Below are positions 56,421 to 64,000 of a stretch of DNA of 64,000 nucleotides, piece by piece. The DNA is from a virus (lineage: Duplodnaviria; Caudoviricetes). The position numbers and the translations under genes are program-made. Where the stretch lies: positions 4,811 through 68,810 of the IMG/VR virus record IMGVR_UViG_3300031576_000464; one strand, 5' to 3'. The notes beneath the pieces are model-generated. The model worked only from the letters and a program-made list of their open reading frames with translations, was not told the origin of the DNA and searched no databases. The stretch's first letter is position 1. Each line of letters opens with the position of its first letter.

Positions 56421-56734
56421 TATTTCTCAGCCTCTTCTTTTATTACAGTATTATTATATTCTGTTTGTTTAATGGATATATCTTCCTGTAATCTTGATAA
56501 TTCATTTTGTTTTTGTTGGATTTCTTGTTCTAGTTTAACACTTTCTGATATATTTACAAATTTAAGATATTCTGATACCTTATCCATTATTTCTGCTTCT
56601 GTTGGTGTATGAGTTTGAAATTTTAGAAATCTGCATCCATCTACTCCATCAACAGTGAACATTATCTTTACATATGATGTCTCATTCCAGCTGTTTGGTT
56701 GAATCTCAACTATCTGTTTAAATGTTATGGTCAT
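56420..56734 (-). CDS. Small protein, possible fibre chaperone
   Basis: Position; C-terminal coiled coil. Confidence 0.45.
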   Translation of the reverse strand: MTITFKQIVEIQPNSWNETSYVKIMFTVDGVDGCRFLKFQTHTPTEAEIMDKVSEYLKFVNISESVKLEQEIQQKQNELSRLQEDISIKQTEYNNTVIKEEAEK

Positions 56735-57009
56735 GCCCTCACCCAGTCTTTATTACATCCATCGCAATGAACATTAATCCTACCTCTGTTATTACAATCA
56801 GGACATTTATGACAGTGAAAGATTTCCTCTTTAAGATTCGATGACACGTTTTACTTCCTTCCCATCTTTATGAGAAGTCAATACAACGTTTACTTTTTCT
56901 GGAAATCTAATTTTATCATTGGGATTACCAGTGGGATTTTTTTGGAATAAACCAACCGAATCTAAGATTTCAAACATCTCCTTATTAGTAATAGGGTGTT
57001 TATACATTT

Positions 57010-57627
57010 TTATACACCGTTCATTAAATGATTTACGAATAGTTTTAGTGTTGAGCTTGAATCTTTGTTAAATGATGTTATAGAGAAATGAGTTAAAAGT
57101 TTAGTCGCACCAACTGGTGAGGCGTTATCATGTAAACATCCACCCTGTACCGCTGCATCGTTAAAGTCTCCTGTAGTCCAACTATATGAATATGAAACTG
57201 TGTCTATTGTATCTCCGGTATTATCTGCATCACCTGTATCATTTGTTTTTGGATATGTACCAGATATTGTCTTTCTGCTTGCTGTGATTGGTCCAAGAAC
57301 ACTTGTGTATGTATCTCCTTTTGCTGGAGTATCTGCCATGTTTCGTAGTTCGCATCTAGCCTGTAAGAAATTCTCATTGGCTGCTGGAGTCTCTCCTGCA
57401 CCCTTTTTCGCATAATAAATATCACCGTCATCTGTTACAATATTTGCACCATACATCCAATCTCTAAAAACGTCATTACCTTCTTGTCTTGATAAAACCA
57501 CCACAACATTATTTCTTGGGTCGTAAGGAGTATATCTATCCAGGTAATTTGGTTGATGGTCTGCCCATGATTGGAATCGTTCATATGCTAAACGTTGCTC
57601 ATAAGACATGGGTTTTATGGCTATCAT
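57010..57627 (-). CDS. Collar/fibre-attachment protein, paralogue of 34517-34990
   Basis: NIVT..G, TPA..DT, F.K.SSSTL similarity by eye. Confidence 0.5.
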   Translation of the reverse strand: MIAIKPMSYEQRLAYERFQSWADHQPNYLDRYTPYDPRNNVVVVLSRQEGNDVFRDWMYGANIVTDDGDIYYAKKGAGETPAANENFLQARCELRNMADTPAKGDTYTSVLGPITASRKTISGTYPKTNDTGDADNTGDTIDTVSYSYSWTTGDFNDAAVQGGCLHDNASPVGATKLLTHFSITSFNKDSSSTLKLFVNHLMNGV

Positions 57628-57672
57628 ATACTAGGTTTAAAACCTCCGTTTATATAAATATATCGTGACATA

Positions 57673-58041
57673 TTAAATCTCCTCGATGTATTTCACACTT
57701 TTGACCTCTATAAAGATTATGAATGGTTCTTTGTGCATTTTCCCATCAGATTTACGAATCCATTCGTCATATTTTGCAGGAACAATAACTTCTATTCCTA
57801 AATCTTCTGACTTGTTAGGATAAATCTCTTTTGGAGTAGATATTACTTTGGCATAGTTATCTTTTGTTCTCGTGTATTTTGGTGGTGTAGAGTCGTCCTT
57901 TAAAGCAGTATAGGCTGTGGCTTCTATATCTTTTATCTTGAATTCTGTGTTGTTTTTAACCTTATAAGTAACTGTTTTTGACGCCCCGGTAAAGAATCTA
58001 AAGTCCTTCTCTGTTGGTTCTATTATTTCCAAGTCAGTCAT
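57673..58041 (-). CDS. Ig-like small virion protein
   Basis: Beta-sandwich pattern (Y.VKN.T.F.I.DI...P..I.P.....L.I.V); coupled to portal. Confidence 0.45.
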   Translation of the reverse strand: MTDLEIIEPTEKDFRFFTGASKTVTYKVKNNTEFKIKDIEATAYTALKDDSTPPKYTRTKDNYAKVISTPKEIYPNKSEDLGIEVIVPAKYDEWIRKSDGKMHKEPFIIFIEVKSVKYIEEI

Positions 58042-60110
58042 TTCTCTTCTTCCCCATCGTCAAATTCAACTTCATATCCATCTTCATTATCCTTTATAAA
58101 GTATTTAGTTTTTGCGGGTTTGATTTTTGGGAGGGCCTTTTCCACAGGATAATATAGTCCATCCTTTACATGCCATCCATCTATTATGATATTTGACTGT
58201 TCTAAATCTAATCCATCTATTTTTGTTAGACGTTTAATCCAATATTCTTTAGTATGTCCTCTCATTGGAAGGTCTAAGGCAGTAGACTTTGCACTGGGGT
58301 TTATACCACCATCACGTTTAGCTCCTGATGCGGGGTGTCCTTGTCCTACTCCTCCTTCGAATGAGTTTCTCTTCTTCTGTGGTTGACCTTCGAAATCTGA
58401 TACCTTATCTCTATCTCCAAATTTACCAGGGCCTCTTCCTGCACCTTCCATAGGCATTTGTGAGAATGTTGGTTTCTTTGATACTTTCCACTTTCCTGTG
58501 TGTGTGCGTTCCACCTCGAATCCCATCTGTTGAAGCTGCATATGATTTTGTATATCTTGTGCTTGAATTTCTAAATCTCTTAGGTCATCAGTCTCTTCAG
58601 ATGATTTTAATTTTAAATCCCAATCATTAATATCTAGTTCTTGTGCTAATCTATCAAGAAATGTTCTCTTTAATTCCCGTTGACCCCACTCTATTGTTCT
58701 GTTTGATACTGTTAGCTCATATCCCTGGCTTGTTTGGCCTGTATTGTGCTCTCCTACGAAAATTTGTTGGAGACCATATTCAGCCATAATAATCATTCTT
58801 AACTCCTTTCTCATTTCCATAAATTCTAATTCTTTAAGAGACCCAGTAAAATCTAACCACTGTGCCATGTTACGCCCACCCTTATCTGATTCAACCATGA
58901 GTGGGTGTACCATATATGGGTCTTCTGTTGCCTTCTCTTCTAGTTTATCCCAGGCCTTTTGGAATGTTTCATAGTTCTTTGATGCTACAACCAACAGTCC
59001 TCTGGGAGGTCTCATTTTGTCAAAGTATTTCCTAATGTATTCATCCATATGTGATAGAGCCATTGCCTTACTCCATATGGCATATATTGGGCTATATCCA
59101 TATATTAATCCAGGTTTATATTTACCCGCCTTCCATATAACTTCTCCCTCTCCGTATATTACTCTTTTTGGCTGGGGAAGACCTATACTATATACAGATG
59201 ATACTTCCATTGTTGCTTTTAATGCCTTTGTATTAGTGCATATCTTTCCTCCCTCAGTAGATGAGCATACTCCAGATGTTAGTCTGGAACTTCTATGTTC
59301 AAATCTTGGACACACCCATACAGGATTACGTTTGTCATCATAGCCTATTCTTCCATCAGAGTCTGCAATTATGGCTACCTGTGGAGGGTCTATTCTTAAT
59401 ATTTCTTTAATCTGTGTAGCCTTTTTATTAATCTCTCCTGTTGAATCGTTAATACTATAGTTCTTTAATAAAAGTAGATATCCACCATCAGCAATCTCAA
59501 GGTCGCGTTCAACCATACGCATAACATCTTCAATAGTCTGATTGTTAGAGTTAACATATTCGTTTACCAAACTTAAAAGTTTTTTCCTATTCTCTGGTTT
59601 TGGTCGTATTAGTTGGTCAGAACCACATTGGTCACATTCTAGGTCATCTTCATCTTCCTCCTTCTGGTTTGTTGTTTTAGGATTTTTATCACCAAATGCC
59701 TTGTTTACAGGCTTTTGTGGCTTTGAATCCATGCCTCCATTTGGCTTTGGTTTCCCATTGGAACCTGTAGGCTCTTCACTATCCTTTTCTTCTCCCTTTA
59801 AAGGTTTGTACATGAATTCTTTATGACAGTTAGTACACTTGTATTGGAACTTTTCAGCTACATCAAAACCGTTTTTGAACATTTCGCGATTAATAGCTTC
59901 AATGGGGATTCTAAGAGCATCTATGTTATCTGCCAACTCATAAATCATTATGAGAGGATATGGAAATATTGGAAGTTTGGCACCTGTGTCTGTAGCCATA
60001 TATGGCTGCATTATTGCAGGTCTTGATGTGGTTTCAGTATAGAATTTAGCTACCTGACTGTAATTTTTAATAATGTAGCCCAAGTCCTTGAAGGCAGTAA
60101 AAACTCCCAT
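58038..60110 (-). CDS. Portal protein
   Basis: DLEIAD.GYL.L, ILRIDP..V, YGYSPI, P.RGLL, F.E.RK..R..I...YG motifs; heads the morphogenesis operon. Confidence 0.88.
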   Translation of the reverse strand: MGVFTAFKDLGYIIKNYSQVAKFYTETTSRPAIMQPYMATDTGAKLPIFPYPLIMIYELADNIDALRIPIEAINREMFKNGFDVAEKFQYKCTNCHKEFMYKPLKGEEKDSEEPTGSNGKPKPNGGMDSKPQKPVNKAFGDKNPKTTNQKEEDEDDLECDQCGSDQLIRPKPENRKKLLSLVNEYVNSNNQTIEDVMRMVERDLEIADGGYLLLLKNYSINDSTGEINKKATQIKEILRIDPPQVAIIADSDGRIGYDDKRNPVWVCPRFEHRSSRLTSGVCSSTEGGKICTNTKALKATMEVSSVYSIGLPQPKRVIYGEGEVIWKAGKYKPGLIYGYSPIYAIWSKAMALSHMDEYIRKYFDKMRPPRGLLVVASKNYETFQKAWDKLEEKATEDPYMVHPLMVESDKGGRNMAQWLDFTGSLKELEFMEMRKELRMIIMAEYGLQQIFVGEHNTGQTSQGYELTVSNRTIEWGQRELKRTFLDRLAQELDINDWDLKLKSSEETDDLRDLEIQAQDIQNHMQLQQMGFEVERTHTGKWKVSKKPTFSQMPMEGAGRGPGKFGDRDKVSDFEGQPQKKRNSFEGGVGQGHPASGAKRDGGINPSAKSTALDLPMRGHTKEYWIKRLTKIDGLDLEQSNIIIDGWHVKDGLYYPVEKALPKIKPAKTKYFIKDNEDGYEVEFDDGEEEK

Positions 60111-60526
60111 ATATAATGGTTTGGATACTACTTATTAAATATATCTTATTATATTATTTATTGTATATTTTCTTTTCCTAGGTCTTCAATGAGATTCTCC
60201 CGCATTTCATGGAGGGCTTCTAATTCTATATGAAGTTCTTCTATACGTTTGTTTATATCTAATATGTTAAGTGCTATATGTCTTGTCTCTAACGACATAC
60301 TATATTATAATAAATACCTTTATATATACCTATTGATGTGTACACAAAGCATCTCTATGTTCTGGTGAGCATTGACAAACATGTGTAGAAGATTCTTTCA
60401 CTACTGATTTTGGTTGTTCGTCTACTAATTTAACTTCTCTTCTCTTCTCTTCTATAGCCATATAACTCTATGATATTAGGCATATTTATTGTTTGTTTGT
60501 GGATGTATTATAATAATAAATAAATA

Positions 60527-60561
60527 AATAAGTAATTACTTAACACCCTCTAAAGAGCTAT
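60527..60561. repeat. 35-bp repeat copy 2 with 14-bp palindrome TAAGTAATTACTTA
   Basis: aataagtaattacttaacaccctc-taa-agagctat. Confidence 0.85.
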
Positions 60562-60578
60562 GAGTTAATTTAATATAA

Positions 60579-60586
60579 TTTATATA
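60579..60586 (+). promoter_or_regulatory. TATA box upstream of the tRNA-like RNA
   Basis: TTTATATA ending 21 nt before the predicted 5' end. Confidence 0.5.
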
Positions 60587-60606
60587 TGGTATGATATATG
60601 TTATAG

Positions 60607-60731
60607 TGTACTGTAGTGTGAGCTCAAGCACGCCTGCAGGTAGCTAATAGACATCAAGCCTAAGTTTTAAGGTTATGATTGGTCATCATAACAAAGCCGA
60701 GGAAGACCGGAGTGGCGACCCGGCGGTACAT
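60607..60731 (+). ncRNA. tRNA-like structured RNA candidate
   Basis: 7-bp acceptor stem TGTACTG/CGGTACA, D arm GTGT/GCAC, T-like arm CCGG/CCGG, anticodon arm replaced by about 65 nt with hairpins; GC-rich island in AT-rich non-coding DNA. Confidence 0.6.
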
Positions 60732-60735
60732 AATA

Positions 60736-60936
60736 TTAATCTCCACCCACTCTATAGTTTGGCTCTTTCTTTAATACCTTTTTTTGTAATTCTCGTCCTA
60801 TCTTATCAATCACCTGGCGGTGGCACTTACACCTACAACCTGCATGGGTCATAGTAAATGTGCAGAATTCAGTATGTTCTATATGAGGTTTTATTATTGG
60901 TGTTTTTGCTTCAGCCATGTTCTCTGTCATGAACAT
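60736..60936 (-). CDS. Small Cys/His protein
   Basis: HAGCRCKCH. Confidence 0.45.
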   Translation of the reverse strand: MFMTENMAEAKTPIIKPHIEHTEFCTFTMTHAGCRCKCHRQVIDKIGRELQKKVLKKEPNYRVGGD

Positions 60937-61087
60937 GTTCCATCACACTGAAGAGTAACATTTGATGGTGTATAGTCTGTATAATTTGTCCATGTTACAC
61001 CAGTATTACTCGCATGACATAAGCATTCACACACTTTACCAGTAGGAACATGTAGGTGTTCGCATCTTTCACATGTCATTATTATCA

Positions 61088-61702
61088 CTATTGATTTTTC
61101 TTTCTCGGTACGTTGCTTGGTCTATCAGAACTAATTACTTCCTTTATGCTATCTGCCAGTGGTGTTCTCTCGTCAGGACCGCTTCCTATTGGTCTTGTGT
61201 AGTTGGCATCTACTATCTCTGCCATCTTTTTAATTGGTAGTCCCTCTAATGCTTTAATTGCTGCCCTTTTCTCTTCTCTAGACATGTCACTATTTCTAAG
61301 TATATCTCTTACCTGTAAAGCCACTATTTCAGTTGCGGCTCTCAATGGAGCAAATAATGGGTCTGTAGATTTAATCTTTCTATGTTCTACTATGTCATCT
61401 GCAATCCTTCTGGCTACTTCACTTGGACGTCCAGTACCTAGTGTTTCTCTAATGATGTCTGCTAGTGGTGTAGTTTCTCCCGGTCCTTTTCCCTCTTTCT
61501 TTGAGTAGAACTTTGTTACAAGCTCTGCCATTTTCTTTTGAGGAATTCCAGTTAATGATTTTACCAGTTTTTCCTTTTCTGCACGAGTCAGGTCTTCATT
61601 TTTCCATATAGACTTTATTTGAGCTCCTACTGAATCAGTTATTGCTTTCAAAGGTGCAAACAGTGGGTCTGTAGACTTTATATTATTTCGTAATCTTGCC
61701 AT
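61088..61702 (-). CDS. Protein of two tandem ~95-aa repeats
   Basis: IKSTDPLFAPL...KKMAE.V...G.GP.E.TPLAD.I occurs twice; leaderless promoter. Confidence 0.75.
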   Translation of the reverse strand: MARLRNNIKSTDPLFAPLKAITDSVGAQIKSIWKNEDLTRAEKEKLVKSLTGIPQKKMAELVTKFYSKKEGKGPGETTPLADIIRETLGTGRPSEVARRIADDIVEHRKIKSTDPLFAPLRAATEIVALQVRDILRNSDMSREEKRAAIKALEGLPIKKMAEIVDANYTRPIGSGPDERTPLADSIKEVISSDRPSNVPRKKNQ

Positions 61703-61959
61703 ATGTTATTGTAATACTGCCATAATATAAGTTTATCGAATATATAATATAATAAAAAAATCCACTCCCGTATCGTTTACCAGTGCTTATCTAGAAAGCC
61801 TGGAGGGTTTACGATTCCCGATAACTATCTCTAGTCTTGGTTATATATAAATTATAGCATTCTGGGCATATTCCATTAAGAATGGCTGCCCTCTCCTTCC
61901 TACACCTAGTACAAAATGACTTAATATTATGCTCTTCCACAACGTTCATATAACATATC

Positions 61960-62208
61960 ATGTATATTATGTTATCTATGTCTATTAATCCTAGAAAGAC
62001 GAAACCATTAACCAAGGCACAGGTTTTTGGAAAATCAGAATTACTACAAAAACCATATTATAATTCTTTTGCTATAGATAATCTGGGAAAAAATATGTTT
62101 AGAATAACTTTACATGATAGTATTTCTGGTTCTAAAAAAGTGGTAGGAGAATATTATATGGAAGAAAATACATCTATTGGCATTTCTGGTGATATATTAC
62201 GAAGATAA
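61960..62208 (+). CDS. Hypothetical protein
   Basis: ORF track. Confidence 0.45.
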   Translation: MYIMLSMSINPRKTKPLTKAQVFGKSELLQKPYYNSFAIDNLGKNMFRITLHDSISGSKKVVGEYYMEENTSIGISGDILRR

Positions 62209-62825
62209 AAAAGCCTAAAACATGTTCACAGAAAAAAGGGCTTTACAATGAAGAAGAATCAAATGAAAAACTACTGCCGTTTACACCTTGGCCTTATCTA
62301 TTTGGGTCCACCACTGACACTACTGGTATTCCCTACATTATAACAACTGATAATACTACTGGTGCATCAACAACTATACCAACATATGGCATTCCTCGTA
62401 TTACTTATAAAACATAATTCTCGTGATTACATCTACACTTTACAACCTGACCTTTTTCAGTGTATAGTGTTAGTGAACAAAACTGACATTCTCCTGCATC
62501 GCAGGGTGTACATATTCTAGACTTTCTTTCTTTCCGCAATCTCTTCTATCCTTTTATAACATGTAGCACACACATCAAGTTCTCCATATCTCCTAACCTC
62601 TACTCCTTCCAAACAAATGTTACAGAACTCTGACACAAACCTTACATACACTATACCTTATATAAACTATATGCCATTTAAATTGTGGTTTGTAGTATTG
62701 GTTGCATGTTTCGCGGCGGCAAGCATATTCCTAGATTCCATTCAAAATCTATTCCATTAGTAAAGTTTATATTTATATATATAACATAGATATTTGTCGA
62801 CACTGCGTTATTTTTTTACAGGATT

Positions 62826-62984
62826 ATGAATGACGAAGTCATAAACAACCACAGAGTACGATGTCCAAAATGTGGAGGAAGGCTTAATCGTAATATCAAC
62901 CTCACAAGATATTATTTGGTAGACGGCAATAGAGAAATTCACACATTAAGCTGTAAAACATGTCCATGGTGGACCTGGTACTAA
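62826..62984 (+). CDS. Zinc-ribbon micro-protein (52 aa; not in ORF track)
   Basis: RCPKCGG...SCKTCPW. Confidence 0.55.
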   Translation: MNDEVINNHRVRCPKCGGRLNRNINLTRYYLVDGNREIHTLSCKTCPWWTWY

Positions 62985-63271
62985 CTAGGGTAATACAACA
63001 TCACAATCAAAACAACGTAGTTTTCCCAGGCCTGACTTTTTGTCTAATGATGAATAACATATGGGACACATTTCCACCCTTAGGCATTTCTCTAGTTTTG
63101 TTGGAGGCCTAATATATGCCTTTTCTTTTGTACTCTTTAACAAACTCATCAGCAATCTTTTCCAAAACCCTTATGCATCCCGGACATATACAATCGTCAT
63201 CATTCTTATTATGTAATTTATGTTTTACGTTTTTAAACCAGTCTTTTTGCACTCGTGGTGGTGGTGATGGT

Positions 63272-63772
63272 TTATCTTTCACATATTCTCAACTCTATAT
63301 CTGTTATAATGACTTGATTATTACTTATTACATTACTAGAACCTAACGAATAAAATGGCTCTGTCTGTCTGTTTACTTTACACACCTGCAGTCTTCCTTC
63401 ACTATTTGCCTTTACTATCATATTAATTATATCATTAAATGGCATTATTCCTGATTTTGTCTTTGACACTCCAACCTTTACACTCTTATCCAAACCACAA
63501 TAGTTACATTTTGTAGTCGTGCTGGGGTTACTCTTATAGTCACACTCATTACACTCCCAGTCTGTGTTTACTTTCGTTCCTGTAAAGTTAATCTTTTTGA
63601 GGTATGCTGGCACTACTGTTCCCGTTGTTAATGTTGAATACATATTATTAATAGCCTGATGAGAAATGATATTGTTATAATTAGAACCCATAATATGAGA
63701 AAAAACAGAAGTATCATCTGAAGAATGTGAACCTCCTGATGGTCCCATTAGAAAGTCTTTAATACTTTTCAT
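63272..63772 (-). CDS. Zinc-finger (CNYCG family) protein with internal finger
   Basis: WECNECDYKSNPSTTTKCNYCG. Confidence 0.7.
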   Translation of the reverse strand: MKSIKDFLMGPSGGSHSSDDTSVFSHIMGSNYNNIISHQAINNMYSTLTTGTVVPAYLKKINFTGTKVNTDWECNECDYKSNPSTTTKCNYCGLDKSVKVGVSKTKSGIMPFNDIINMIVKANSEGRLQVCKVNRQTEPFYSLGSSNVISNNQVIITDIELRICER

Positions 63773-64000
63773 GTTCTCTTCTCTGATAGTATTATATACA
63801 CCATAACTCCCACAAAACCTATTCCTAATATTAATGTTATTATGTCATACATTGTTCCTAAATAAACTCCATATTGTCATATACAAATCTGCCATATGCT
63901 TCGTTGAAAACATATGTTGGTATTTTCTTTGTTCTAATTGAACCATCTGTCATTTTGATATGTTGTGGTGTTCTAGTCATAGTTAAAACATTCTTTCTTA

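Larger units (their letters stand above)
1..64000. other. Archaeal tailed dsDNA virus genome segment (Caudoviricetes, likely siphovirus morphology)
   Basis: Terminase, portal, protease, HK97-type capsid, tail tube and tape measure with no sheath gene; archaeal RadA and MCM; TATA boxes about 22-31 nt before start codons; dense AT-rich coding with ATGA/TTGA overlaps. Confidence 0.93.

Noticed and set aside
60636-60650. tmRNA-like tag frame (GCA GGT AGC TAA TAG)
   Set aside because: Only three codons, no G3-U70 pair, and tmRNA is not an archaeal system; probably coincidence.
60607-60731. Canonical tRNA-Tyr (GUA falls at positions 34-36) with an intron
   Set aside because: Positions 32-33 are AG, the anticodon stem has only 3 pairs, the T-loop lacks UUC, the first pair is U-A, and I found no clear BHB motif.
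1-64000. Diversity-generating retroelement, integrase/provirus, amoC or other auxiliary metabolic genes
   Set aside because: No RT, recombinase or AMO-like ORF recognised; no long TR/VR pair with adenine-specific mismatches seen.

Overview
This window looks like most of the genome of a tailed (Caudoviricetes, probably siphovirus-like) archaeal virus. The gene content (archaeal RadA, MCM, a MoxR/CobS-like AAA ATPase plus vWA protein) and the TATA-box, leaderless promoters point to an archaeal host. A Nitrososphaerota/TACK host is my inference and was not tested. Layout: (1) 250-13100, a + strand early region of small ORFs, a MoxR-vWA pair and an expanded family of zinc-finger-headed proteins; (2) 13100-25500, mostly - strand replication and nucleotide genes (HAD nucleotidase, DUF1599-like, RadA, MCM, DnaQ-like exonuclease, RNase HI, HNHs); (3) 25600-32800, terminase, an inverted micro-gene island, a TGT/DpdA-like gene, a Cas4-like nuclease and two 2OG-Fe(II) oxygenases; (4) 32800-60110, the - strand virion module (fibres, LamG hub, tape measure, tail chaperones, tail tube, neck, major capsid, protease/scaffold, a second fibre cassette, portal); (5) 60500-64000, a tRNA-like ncRNA candidate and small ORFs. 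I saw no DNA polymerase, integrase, reverse transcriptase, canonical tRNA or true CRISPR array. The most unusual signals are a nine-member RanBP2/NZF-like zinc-finger protein family with swappable C-terminal domains, two distant micro-gene clusters whose genes share identical 5' ends but have unrelated bodies, a promoter-preceded 124-nt tRNA-shaped RNA, a 35-bp palindromic repeat at two regulatory loci, and a DpdA-like gene split at a T7 homopolymer. All family assignments come from motif recognition by eye; no database searches were run.
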